IMG/VR virus record: IMGVR_UViG_3300013306_000002
Location: 18,647 to 82,646 of that record
Strand: one strand, 5' to 3'
DNA from: a virus
Length of the DNA stretch: 64,000 nucleotides
Shown: one piece after another, positions 19,833 to 29,198 of the stretch
How positions within the stretch are numbered: the stretch's first letter is position 1
How the letters are laid out: every line of letters starts with the position of its first letter
The notes under the pieces: generated by a model
The model's input: only the letters and a program-made list of their open reading frames with translations
What the model was told of the DNA's origin: nothing
Database searches by the model: none
Translations under genes and position numbers: made by a program

Positions 19833-19991
19833 CCCGCCTACCATACCACTTCGTTGTGCGACTGTGATGCGCGCACAAAGCCCGGCTAGCGATCGGCTCG
19901 GAAGAGCATCCGCCCGCCCACGCCCCGAAGTCCTTTCGCTCTCCCCTGAAAATGACCGACACTCCGGGGTCAACCCTTCGAGGTCCGACCG

Positions 19992-20573
19992 ATGTCCCTA
20001 GACAAGCTTGCCAGCATGCTCTCGTTCGTTGGCGTTCCGGTCGGTGCCACGGCCACCCTGCCCCACGGTCTCACGCTGAGCGGTAGGTCGGTCACCCCAG
20101 ACCTCGTTTTTTTGCAGTATCCTTCGACGTTCGAGCTCGCTGGCGCGACGTCGACATCCATCACGTTGCGCAACACCGCGAACGCAAGCGGCGCCTGCTT
20201 GGCTTACGTGTCGGCGATCCATCCCGCCATCCGACTTCTCGGCATGGCTCCCGACGATGGGAATATGACCCAGGGGATGACGCCCAGGCCGTTCTGCCCT
20301 GGCACCCCGAACTCCGGTGGAGGCGGCGGCGGCAACGCGCAGGTGTTCGACTACACGGTAACCGGAGCGGAGCCCGACCCATCGGCGATCGTGATCGCCA
20401 TCCCACACGCTATGGCCGACGCAAACTACGAGGCGATCGCGACCATCCAGGGTGGACCAGTGCTGGCGTCCCTGGGGATCTCGGCCAAAACCAACACCGA
20501 TTTCGTACTGGATGCCACTGGCAACCTGCCAGCTGGCTTGGTGATCGGATTCATCGTCCTTCCAAAGACATAG
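19992..20573 (+). CDS. Short spike/fibre-like protein with the shared N-terminal module
   Basis: N-terminal ~100 aa paralogous to 21273..23027 and 23153..26602; Gly linker; small beta domain. Confidence 0.7.
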   Translation: MSLDKLASMLSFVGVPVGATATLPHGLTLSGRSVTPDLVFLQYPSTFELAGATSTSITLRNTANASGACLAYVSAIHPAIRLLGMAPDDGNMTQGMTPRPFCPGTPNSGGGGGGNAQVFDYTVTGAEPDPSAIVIAIPHAMADANYEAIATIQGGPVLASLGISAKTNTDFVLDATGNLPAGLVIGFIVLPKT

Positions 20574-20585
20574 GAGTCACCTTAC

Positions 20586-21230
20586 ATGGCCAAGCCTTTT
20601 CTTGCGCAGGTCATCCAGGAGGTCACGATCGAGATCGTAACCGCGGATGGGGGGTCCGGGAAGATCGTCCTGGATCAGACACTGGGCCCCGGCAATGACA
20701 CCGTCCAGATCACGACCGATCTGTTCTCCAAGGGCATCCTGGCACAGAACGACACCCAAGCGTTCATTAGGATGCGCGGAGGGAACGGAGAGTGGAATCT
20801 GCTGAACGGCAACCTGGCGCTCAACACGAGCCAGTTGCTGGAGCTCGGTTCTGGGAACCTTGAGCAGAACATGGTGACCGTCAACAACTCGGTGGTTCTT
20901 AACCCGGCGAACGCCAACTACAACGAGTTCAACAACACCTCGGTCGGCGGCCTAAATGTCGTGTCGCGTGTCAACTTGTTCCCGGACGCTGGCGGAACAT
21001 CGATCCAGTCCATCATTCTGAGCCCCGGCAACCCGAATCCCGACGGTCGGCAACTGTGGTGGCAGAACATCGGCGTCACTTCCCTGACGTTCGTGAACCT
21101 GTCGGGCGCGGGCACCATTGGCGGTCTGATCTTGTGCCCGAACTCGGCCGACTTTGTGATCAGGCCCGGTGGCGGGATGGGCATGATGTTCGATGAGTCG
21201 TCGAATCTGTGGTTTGTGCGCGTAGCCTGA
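20586..21230 (+). CDS. Beta-rich putative virion protein
   Basis: AGGAG RBS; Asn/Gly-rich. Confidence 0.6.
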   Translation: MAKPFLAQVIQEVTIEIVTADGGSGKIVLDQTLGPGNDTVQITTDLFSKGILAQNDTQAFIRMRGGNGEWNLLNGNLALNTSQLLELGSGNLEQNMVTVNNSVVLNPANANYNEFNNTSVGGLNVVSRVNLFPDAGGTSIQSIILSPGNPNPDGRQLWWQNIGVTSLTFVNLSGAGTIGGLILCPNSADFVIRPGGGMGMMFDESSNLWFVRVA

Positions 21231-21272
21231 GTCGTTGTCCGGCCGTTCGCTAATCCACCGGCGACCCGCGAA

Positions 21273-23027
21273 TCAAGGGCGCTGGAAGACTCGGCTGCCG
21301 CTGCACCCTCCGCTGCCGGCCCCTCCGACATCATCGCCACCAGGCGTGCTGAGTCCGCTCGCGACATTGACGACGAACGGTGTCTGCAGATCGAATTGGT
21401 TCTTGGTCGGAACCAGGGTGCGAAAATCTACCCATGTCCTCACGGGTAGGGTTCCGACCTTCATATCGCCTCCGGTCCCTGTGATGTTTGTGGCGTCGTC
21501 GAGCACACGCACGAAGGCCCCATCATTCACACGGAGTCCAACCCCGCCGTTGCCGGTGCCTGTGACACCCGCTGTCTTAAGCATGACCAGATCTCGGACT
21601 GATAGTCCATCGCCGACGCTATCGTCGATTTGCACTTCCTGTAGAGAGTAAGCACCGGCCTGAGAGGCAGCAAAACCATCACCCGTGCTGTTTCGTATCA
21701 GCACGTTCAGGAGTTCCCATCCACCAGGGAAAAGGGCGCCCTCGTTCGTTGCGAATAGTCCTGGGCCCAACGCCGCACATCCATCGAGAACGACCTGTCG
21801 GAAGACTTGGCCGGGGCCACCGCTTATCCCAAAGCCGGAATCCAACAGGAGACTGCGCCGAGGAGTCCAGGACGATGCTTGCGCGAAGACGAAGTTGCGG
21901 ATCACGTTGGACAGCGTCAGGCATTGCAACTGGACGCCAGACATGACCAAGCCGTCGATGTCGCAGAGCTCCGTGACTGGTAGAAGGGTGTTGGAGATCC
22001 CCAGCGACAGTTGAGCGTCGGACCCTCCGCCAGCGATCGTGAACTTGATCCCCTGAATGGCGAGGGATGGCGCCGCAGACACGTCGAAGCCGCTCCCGTC
22101 GCCTCCTGGCCCAGCGGATGCGAACACCGCGGACGGCTCGACGAGCGACAGCGTCTGACTCGTTACGTGACTCGGCGTATTGCACAAAAATAGATGGGTC
22201 GCGTCGGAGCCGTAAACGACGCAGTTGACCTGCGCGTCTCCGGCGCTGCCGATGATCATGGCCGTCTTGGCGCCGTCGGCCGCCCACGAAGCGCGGGGCG
22301 GGGCCACCTGGACGGAGGTCAACCCAGGCCCAATCGATGTGATGGCGACGATATCCCCGGCGGGCACGGTCGTGTCTGCTGAGGGGAGCCCACTGAACGA
22401 GCGGGGAGTCGCGCGAATATTGAGCGCTGCCAGCGCGGCAAAGGGGAGTGTCGATGGATCCAGAAACAGATATTCCTGGACGGATGCTTGAAATGGTGGA
22501 AGTGCGTATCCAGTGACGGGGAACGGTTCGGTCAGGCCCGTCACATCGACGATATAGGCGTAGCCAGCGGCAATCACGTTCGGAACCTGGAGGATCGCGT
22601 GTTTGAACGTCCGATAGGGATGCGCGAGCGAGCCGTCGCCTGTCTCATCGCTTCCGGTTGTTCGGGCGTAAATCGTGGTGACGACCGGGGTGTTGACCGG
22701 AAACGGCGGCGATGTGGTCGCTCCGGTGAGGAACGGCTGCGGATCAAGGTGCTGCGCGAGCGAGCCGTCATCCGGAGGACTACCGAATGAGCGCATCACC
22801 GGATGCAAGACCTCGCACCACGCCTGACAATCTCCGACGCCATCCGCGACGTTTCGTAGCGTCACCGTGGTCGTCGTCGCTGCGACCACCTCAAAGGTGT
22901 TCGGAAACTGCAAATCCACCCTGTCGGGCGTAAGGCGCCTGCCGTTGATCACCAGCCCATGGGCGATCTGTTGCGTACCGCCGATCGGAATCCCTGCAAA
23001 TCTGATGATCGCGTAGAGCCTGTCCAT
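21273..23027 (-). CDS. Spike / receptor-binding protein with beta-helix
   Basis: Shared N-module; IYARTTGSDETGDGSLAHPYRTFKHAI (DUF1565-like); beta-helix repeats (NSTGDG, DSVGDG, GNGGVG). Confidence 0.75.
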   Translation of the reverse strand: MDRLYAIIRFAGIPIGGTQQIAHGLVINGRRLTPDRVDLQFPNTFEVVAATTTTVTLRNVADGVGDCQAWCEVLHPVMRSFGSPPDDGSLAQHLDPQPFLTGATTSPPFPVNTPVVTTIYARTTGSDETGDGSLAHPYRTFKHAILQVPNVIAAGYAYIVDVTGLTEPFPVTGYALPPFQASVQEYLFLDPSTLPFAALAALNIRATPRSFSGLPSADTTVPAGDIVAITSIGPGLTSVQVAPPRASWAADGAKTAMIIGSAGDAQVNCVVYGSDATHLFLCNTPSHVTSQTLSLVEPSAVFASAGPGGDGSGFDVSAAPSLAIQGIKFTIAGGGSDAQLSLGISNTLLPVTELCDIDGLVMSGVQLQCLTLSNVIRNFVFAQASSWTPRRSLLLDSGFGISGGPGQVFRQVVLDGCAALGPGLFATNEGALFPGGWELLNVLIRNSTGDGFAASQAGAYSLQEVQIDDSVGDGLSVRDLVMLKTAGVTGTGNGGVGLRVNDGAFVRVLDDATNITGTGGDMKVGTLPVRTWVDFRTLVPTKNQFDLQTPFVVNVASGLSTPGGDDVGGAGSGGCSGSRVFQRP

Positions 23028-23152
23028 GCATGGATCATACAGTCATTCGCGAGCGTCCGTGTACGGGGAAACGCACCGGCAGGCGCGGTTGCGCTGATCG
23101 ACGCGACCCACTTGGTTGGGCGGTGCGCGCGCGCGCGCGAGTTGGTTGGCCC

Positions 23153-26100
23153 CTAGAACCCGACCCAGCCTGCGTTGCCACTGTCACGCGCCCCGCGAAA
23201 CAGAGCGATCTGCGCCATGATCCGGGGACCGTTGTGAGTAATTGTGGGCGCTGGCATGCTCGAGTTTAGCGCTCTGGCACCGAACAGTTGCATCTGGACA
23301 CCCTGATTCACGCCGAACGCCCCAACGACCGGAGAATTGGGGAACTGGATCCATTGCGGATCCGTGATCGCCGCGCCTGTGTCGCCTTCGTTGAGCATGA
23401 TCATGACGACCCCAAGATCGTTCTCTGAGTGGGCGGGCCATGGTGGGGCAATGCTCACGTTGCCACCCTGCGTTCGAGGGCCATTCGCGACCCAGTGTGG
23501 TGGCACGGTAGGGACCTGAGGAGCCAGGGCGAACGTGTACGTGCCGTTGCCAAACTCGCTTGAAACCGCGTTCTGCCGCACGGTCCCTACGCCGCTGCTT
23601 CCGAAGAGGGGCAGCACACCGGCTGCGGCGGCGAAGTCTCCACCGCCCCCGGTGTCCGTCTCTTGAGTGATCTGCGCGAAGCTAGCCAAGGGAGCGTTGG
23701 TCCACTGATCCCAGTCCGAGCTCCCGGCGCCGGGCACGGCCACCAGTGCCTGCACAACAAGGCAGTTGTCGATCGTGGTCACAACAGCGTCCAGGTTGAG
23801 GATCTGCCCTGTGGCCTTGACGTCGCCCGCTCGATCCGTCTTCGCGGTGACGTTCACGGGGAGACCGCCGATTTCCTTGACATAGAAGGTCGACCCCGAT
23901 CCACCGTCGCGGCGGTAGAAGGTGGAGGCCAGCGGAGCTGTGACGACGTTCTCGGGGGATCCGTAGCCTGAATACTGCTGGTGGGGCCCGTCGACCTCGA
24001 TCCAGTAGCCGCTAGTCAACCCGCCCACGTTCTGGTTGACCGACTCGCCGGTCCGATTCCCGAACAGGACAAGCTTCTTGACCTGGGTCAGGACATCGAA
24101 TGCCCCGGCCTGGTTGTCGAAGAAGACGCAGTCGGTGCACGTCGGCACCGGCTGGTTGTCGTAGGCGAAGTTGTTGCACACGGACAGGTACTTGATGGAC
24201 GGCGGGCTGAACAGGAATACGTGGATCCCGTGGGGGTTCGCGCCGCGGATCGTGTTGCCCTCGATGTTCACCCGCAAGTCGTTGAAGAACACCCCCCAGT
24301 CGCTGGTGGTGGTCAGATGGATGCCGTAGCGTCCGGCGGTTTGCCCGTCGCTCGCCACGCAGTCGAGGGTGTTGCCGACAACGCTGACGACGCCGCCGGT
24401 CGGCTGAATCGTGAAGGCCGCTGCGGGCGGCGTCGACTGCGGCTGTCCGCCGGAGTCCGTCCAGCCGTGGATTCCGTCGTTGTGCCACGTCGCCAGGGTA
24501 AGTGTGTCGCTCGTGTTGGAGAAGACGGTGGCCACGACCCCACCAGACACCACTTGGTGTCCCAGGAACTCGTTGGCGGTCCAGCCAGCTCCCGTTTGGA
24601 CCAGCGTGGTATTCGTGATCGCGGTGGCGACCCCGGCGAAGCCAGCGCCGCCGCCCGGCGAGGCCACGTAGATCCCGTCCACCCCTCCTCGCGCATGGAC
24701 GGTGTTGCCCCGAATGGTGACATTCGCTGACTGCGTCTCGGAGACAGCATCCACCACGAGCCGGAACACTTCGATGCCGCCCCGGTTGGCATCGTTCGTC
24801 TGGCCGTTGCGCATGTAGACGTAGTTGTCCAGGATCCAGATGTCGTCGCAGAACTCCGTGAGGAACACGGGTGCGTCCGAGCCAGAGACGAAGTCGCTGA
24901 TGACCGTGTTGCCAGCGAACTGCACGTCGATGGCGTCCGAGATGAGAACCGATCCATAGATCCGACAGCGGTTCACCCGGTAGTCCTGCGCATAGTTCCA
25001 AAAGGCCGGGGTCCCTGCGGCCCCACCCGAGATGCTCAAGGCCTCCTTCGACAGATCCCGAAATTCGTCCCACCATAGGGACAGCACGCAGTCCTCGATG
25101 ACGATCTTCACGACCTGTGCTTCGACTGGCTCGGTGTCGATTGCGGTCGTGATGATGTTGGTGAAGTTGCAGTGCTCGAAGCGACCGTCGGTCACGTAGA
25201 TCAGGGATGCGCCGTTGCGGGCGCACATGTCGAAGGTGCAGTCGCGAACTACGACCCCCTGCGTGCCGCCGATGGCCCCCGACTCGCCGCCGCTTGAGCC
25301 ATCGCCGCCCAGCCAGAGCCCGTCACCGTACGCCTGGCTGAAGGTGACGCGGTTGATCTTGAGGTTGCGGATGTCGCCCCCCACGGCATGGGAGAAGATC
25401 AGGTGGTTGTGGGGGTCGCGCTGGGTGGGTTGGTTGATACCGTTGGCCGGATTCCACACGCCGTCGCCGGTGTGCATGGTGCCGGTGCCACCGGACGCGC
25501 CCGTGAAGGTGGTCGGCGTCTTGCCGGTGTACGTGACGATCTGATCCCCGTCGAGTTGCGTGCCGATGACAATCTGACCTGAGCTCGGAAACGTGGTCGT
25601 GCTGGCGACGTTGATAACGGCCTGGGGCAGAACGGCGCCATCGCTGGCAACCGTGATGTGCGTGTTGCCAGGGCTCAGCAAGCCCACAGGGTCACCGATG
25701 CGACCCAGATCGCCGTTGCCGCGCAGCGTGCCGGTGCCACCGGACGCGCCCGTGAAGGAGGTGGCGGTCTTTCCGGTATACGTGATGGTCTGCGCGCCGC
25801 CGGGCAGGATGATGAGCACCGTGCCGGACGACGGGAAACCCGCCGTGCTGGCGACGTTGATAACGGCCTGGGGCAGCACGGCGCCGTCGCTGGCGGACGC
25901 CACTGTCGTGACGGCGTTGCCCCAGTTCCCGTTGAGCTCGAGATCCGCGATCTCCATGTTCGTTCCGCCAGAGATCTCGAGCAGGGAGCAGGAACTCGCG
26001 CCGGCGGCGACGTTCGCCACCTGCTTGATTACCGAGTGCCCGAGCACGCCGTACATGGCCACGTTGTCGCCGCGGATCAGGAGGCAATGGAAGGTGCCGG

Positions 26101-26602
26101 GTGCCCGGCTCACCATGTAGATGCCTGGCGGAAAGTAGATGGGTCCAGCGCCGCCGGTCAGAATGGCCAGATCGATCGCCGCCTGGATGGGGGCGCGGTC
26201 ATCGGCGATGCCGTTGCCGACCGCTCCCAGCGTCTTCACGTTGATCACAATGGGAGGCGTCGGGGGCCCGAAGTTGGCGGCCCCGGACTTCATCACGAAG
26301 GGACGGGGCGTCAGATGCAGCGCCAGTGACCCGTCATCGGGCGCGAGCCCGAACGACCGCTCGATGGGATGCCACACCTCCGCGAGAACCAGGATGGTGC
26401 CCGGCGCCGCCCCGTCGTTCCGCACGCTCAGGTTCGCCGTGTCGCTGGAGACCAGGGCGAAGTTGCCGCTGTCATCCCCCGCAAACCCCAGGTGGTCGGG
26501 CGCGCGAGCGACGCCGTTCATCACCAATCCATGCGGAAGCGTTGCCGTCGCCCCCGCGGGGACGGCAACGAAGGCAACATACTTCTTGATGGCGTCCAGC
26601 AA
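23153..26602 (-). CDS. Large spike / depolymerase-like protein (pectate-lyase-3-type beta-helix)
   Basis: Shared N-module; INVKTLGAVGNGIADDRAPIQAAID, IYFPPGIY; beta-helix; C-terminal GSPENVVTAP...YVKE motif. Confidence 0.85.
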   Translation of the reverse strand: MLDAIKKYVAFVAVPAGATATLPHGLVMNGVARAPDHLGFAGDDSGNFALVSSDTANLSVRNDGAAPGTILVLAEVWHPIERSFGLAPDDGSLALHLTPRPFVMKSGAANFGPPTPPIVINVKTLGAVGNGIADDRAPIQAAIDLAILTGGAGPIYFPPGIYMVSRAPGTFHCLLIRGDNVAMYGVLGHSVIKQVANVAAGASSCSLLEISGGTNMEIADLELNGNWGNAVTTVASASDGAVLPQAVINVASTAGFPSSGTVLIILPGGAQTITYTGKTATSFTGASGGTGTLRGNGDLGRIGDPVGLLSPGNTHITVASDGAVLPQAVINVASTTTFPSSGQIVIGTQLDGDQIVTYTGKTPTTFTGASGGTGTMHTGDGVWNPANGINQPTQRDPHNHLIFSHAVGGDIRNLKINRVTFSQAYGDGLWLGGDGSSGGESGAIGGTQGVVVRDCTFDMCARNGASLIYVTDGRFEHCNFTNIITTAIDTEPVEAQVVKIVIEDCVLSLWWDEFRDLSKEALSISGGAAGTPAFWNYAQDYRVNRCRIYGSVLISDAIDVQFAGNTVISDFVSGSDAPVFLTEFCDDIWILDNYVYMRNGQTNDANRGGIEVFRLVVDAVSETQSANVTIRGNTVHARGGVDGIYVASPGGGAGFAGVATAITNTTLVQTGAGWTANEFLGHQVVSGGVVATVFSNTSDTLTLATWHNDGIHGWTDSGGQPQSTPPAAAFTIQPTGGVVSVVGNTLDCVASDGQTAGRYGIHLTTTSDWGVFFNDLRVNIEGNTIRGANPHGIHVFLFSPPSIKYLSVCNNFAYDNQPVPTCTDCVFFDNQAGAFDVLTQVKKLVLFGNRTGESVNQNVGGLTSGYWIEVDGPHQQYSGYGSPENVVTAPLASTFYRRDGGSGSTFYVKEIGGLPVNVTAKTDRAGDVKATGQILNLDAVVTTIDNCLVVQALVAVPGAGSSDWDQWTNAPLASFAQITQETDTGGGGDFAAAAGVLPLFGSSGVGTVRQNAVSSEFGNGTYTFALAPQVPTVPPHWVANGPRTQGGNVSIAPPWPAHSENDLGVVMIMLNEGDTGAAITDPQWIQFPNSPVVGAFGVNQGVQMQLFGARALNSSMPAPTITHNGPRIMAQIALFRGARDSGNAGWVGF
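25478..25900 (-). repeat. Internal duplication of a ~60-aa beta domain in the spike
   Basis: ASDGAVLPQAVINVAST..FPSSG...TYTGKT.T.FTGASGGTGT occurs twice with near-identical DNA stretches. Confidence 0.85.
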
Positions 26603-26672
26603 TCTCGACCCCCAGTGAATAGGTGAGGCAAGCCTACCAGCGGCGACCCGGAACCGTCAGGGATTTCTCGGG

Positions 26673-26939
26673 TCAGGCGGTCGGGCTAGTCGTCCGCCAC
26701 AGCCCGCGAACCAACTCGATCTTGCCAGCCTGCTTTAGGCGCTGGAGCGCCTCACCGACGTAGCGGTAGTCGGGCTTCTCCTCGGGAAGCCCCTTGAGGG
26801 CCTCCATGACGATAGGGGCGGCCATGATCACGCCAGCACGGTCGGGGCCATAGGATCGGATCACCGCCAGAACGGCCTCGTCCATCTTCTGCCGTTGCTC
26901 ATCGGTCAACGTTACAGCGGGCGCGCGATTTCTTCTCAT
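26673..26939 (-). CDS. Small winged-helix protein
   Basis: RYVGEALQRLKQAGKIELVRGLW; GGAGG RBS. Confidence 0.6.
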   Translation of the reverse strand: MRRNRAPAVTLTDEQRQKMDEAVLAVIRSYGPDRAGVIMAAPIVMEALKGLPEEKPDYRYVGEALQRLKQAGKIELVRGLWRTTSPTA

Positions 26940-26983
26940 TGAAACCTCCCCAAGCGGAGGGGAGCGTTTGAGCGGAGGGCGCT

Positions 26984-27742
26984 TCATATGCGCATTGGCA
27001 TGATCAGAAACTTCACTCCGGCCGTGTTCTCGAAGACCATGGCGCCCAGGCGGTCCTTGCTCCAGGCGACGACCTTCACGCCTCGCATGCCCGGATCGCA
27101 TGTTTGGTTGGTGACCTCCGCTATGTCGGCAAGGTAGTTCGGGTCCAGGCCGTACCCCTCAGGGCCATCGGACTCCTGTTTGGAGGAGATCTTGACCACG
27201 TCCTCATAGGACGGAAACGCCCTGGCGTCAGCCGCTGGAACGAGCAGGCCGATCTCGGGCCTTCGGGAATCAAGGCCGAGTCGAATGAGCGATGGTGAGA
27301 ATACCTTGAGCGAAGGATCGACGTCGACCGGGGCGAGCGTGATCTCCTGGCCGTCTTTCATGGCGCGCTGAGCGGCAACGGCCGCTAACAGGTACCCGCG
27401 GGCCACGCCGAGAGTCAGACCGAAGGTCTCGCATGGAGCGATCACCATTCGATGGCCATCGACCGCCACCATAACCCCCTTTGAAAAGAACACCTGGTGG
27501 AGATGGGGTCTAGTCTCGTCCGTGCCGGTCCACCTCGCGACAGATTCGAGCACGTTGGTGGGAACGGAAATCACAGCAGTCTTGGTTACGGATGTTGGCT
27601 TGGTCTTTGTCACGATCTCATCTCCTTGGTTGGGTCGTTCGGGGCACGGACAACCCACGCAGATGAACGCGAGCTCGCGTCCAGCGTGCTGATGTCCGCA
27701 CTTGGGGCACTTCGTAGCCTGCACGGTGAACGTTGGGATCAC
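26984..27742 (-). CDS. DNA polymerase III beta-clamp-like protein (partial clamp domains)
   Basis: DETRPHLHQV...MVAVDGHRM, FPSYEDV, LDPNYL, FLIMPMR. Confidence 0.7.
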   Translation of the reverse strand: MIPTFTVQATKCPKCGHQHAGRELAFICVGCPCPERPNQGDEIVTKTKPTSVTKTAVISVPTNVLESVARWTGTDETRPHLHQVFFSKGVMVAVDGHRMVIAPCETFGLTLGVARGYLLAAVAAQRAMKDGQEITLAPVDVDPSLKVFSPSLIRLGLDSRRPEIGLLVPAADARAFPSYEDVVKISSKQESDGPEGYGLDPNYLADIAEVTNQTCDPGMRGVKVVAWSKDRLGAMVFENTAGVKFLIMPMRI

Positions 27743-28836
27743 GGTCTCGTCTCCTTGGTGTTGGGAAACGCGCGGTGCTGGACACCGTCAAGATAGGGGA
27801 GGCCGATGATGCCACCGGCCTTGCGCTTGGAGCCCGGCCCCGCGGTGACGATGTCGGTGAAGCGAGTGCGGTCGATCGGCGACACCGCCTTGATGATCTC
27901 GGGTGGCGAGCTCGATGGTGCAACGCATCCCTTCTTGACCTCTCGAACTTGCTTGAGGAAGTACGGCACCCCGGCCTCCTTGCACTGGTCACGCAGGCGC
28001 CTGTACCAGTCGACCTCGGCGGGGCGGGCGCCGGGGCCGCTCTCGCAGCCCGCGATGACCCAGTCAATGCGGTTCCAGTCATTCTCGATCGGATAGTGCG
28101 TCCTGCCGGCGAGCGCGTTGCTATGAAACACGCTGCTCGGAGCAACGCTCGTGAGATCGAGGGGCCCGAGCAGGGGCTCACAACTCAGGAACCGAACGGC
28201 GGCAGGCGTCCGCAGTAGCCACTGGACCCGCTCGTCGGCTGCGTCCTGGTTCTCGACCGAAACCCCCAGCCACACATTGGGCAGCGGCCATGGAACATCG
28301 ACGACCGAGGGCATTGCTTGCTCGGGCAGATGAGCATTCGCGCGCTCATAGCAGTGAAACACACACAACGAGGCGCGCGCGTCATGGATGCTGGTCGCGC
28401 AGTCGCGCCCTGACCAGTCAAGGGCAGCACTCTCGATCTCGTTGTCAAGCCACGCGAACCACTCGCGCATCCGCTTGGCGCGCTTCGTCAAGATCTGGAA
28501 CGTGTGCTGCGGGCATGCTGCCATAATCCCGAACACTGCCGCGATCTCCTCGTTCGTGAACTCCTCGTAGAAGAGGTCGGACATCGAGTTCACGAAGATC
28601 CGCCGGGGCCTCTTCCAGTGCAGCGGTTTGGCTAACTTTCCAGTGTCAAGCCTGCCCTCTCCTGTCCAGATGGCGCGCTTGTTCTTGCCGATGGTCACTA
28701 GGCCGTGGTAGCGCTCTCCCGGTTTGGCGAACCGGCCCGCGAGCCGCATGGCGTAACAGTTGGCGCACCCCGGCGAGCACACCTTGCAGCCATCGGTGGG
28801 ATTCCATGTCTCGTCCGTCCACTCGATCTCGCTCAC
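27739..28836 (-). CDS. Phage Gp37/Gp68 (DUF5131) radical-SAM-like protein
   Basis: IEWTDETWNPTDGCKVCSPGCANCYA, IFVNSMSDLF, HTFQILTKR, NVWLGVSVENQ, FLSCEPLLG, IDWVIAGCESG, YFLKQ. Confidence 0.95.
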   Translation of the reverse strand: MSEIEWTDETWNPTDGCKVCSPGCANCYAMRLAGRFAKPGERYHGLVTIGKNKRAIWTGEGRLDTGKLAKPLHWKRPRRIFVNSMSDLFYEEFTNEEIAAVFGIMAACPQHTFQILTKRAKRMREWFAWLDNEIESAALDWSGRDCATSIHDARASLCVFHCYERANAHLPEQAMPSVVDVPWPLPNVWLGVSVENQDAADERVQWLLRTPAAVRFLSCEPLLGPLDLTSVAPSSVFHSNALAGRTHYPIENDWNRIDWVIAGCESGPGARPAEVDWYRRLRDQCKEAGVPYFLKQVREVKKGCVAPSSSPPEIIKAVSPIDRTRFTDIVTAGPGSKRKAGGIIGLPYLDGVQHRAFPNTKETRP

Positions 28837-29198
28837 GAAAGCCTCGCGCGGTGCATGGCATGGAAACAACGACACATTCCGTCTGCCCCCCGAAATCGCT
28901 GAAGCGGTCGCCTACCACAGGTGCCACACCGATGGCGATTGCAGCAGCAATGCAGGTAGTGAAGCCCTGTTGTCGGGCACGCCCAGTTGGCCGGAATGTA
29001 CGGAAACCGCACTGACAAGGAGCCTGTGCGCAGTGAGAAGATCCCGTGCCTGAACGGGCACCAACAGAACGTTCCTGGCACCGACGGGAATCCTGATAGA
29101 CACACCCCATCATAGTCGTGTGCGTGATGATGTCCGCAATCGGGGCACCACCTTTCGCAGAGACCCGACTCCGCCCGCTTGTCGATCTGCCAGTCCAT
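28833..29198 (-). CDS. Cys/His-rich hypothetical protein
   Basis: GGAGG RBS; fills the gap between coupled genes. Confidence 0.4.
   Translation of the reverse strand: MDWQIDKRAESGLCERWCPDCGHHHAHDYDGVCLSGFPSVPGTFCWCPFRHGIFSLRTGSLSVRFPYIPANWACPTTGLHYLHCCCNRHRCGTCGRRPLQRFRGADGMCRCFHAMHRARLS

Noticed and set aside
23125-23139. (GC)7 run flanked by TTGGTTGG
   Set aside because: Short and plausible by chance in GC-rich DNA; no function supportable
19992-26602. Diversity-generating retroelement or invertible shufflon acting on the spikes
   Set aside because: No reverse transcriptase, no adenine-specific TR/VR pair and no adjacent invertase seen; the shared modules are diverged at DNA level
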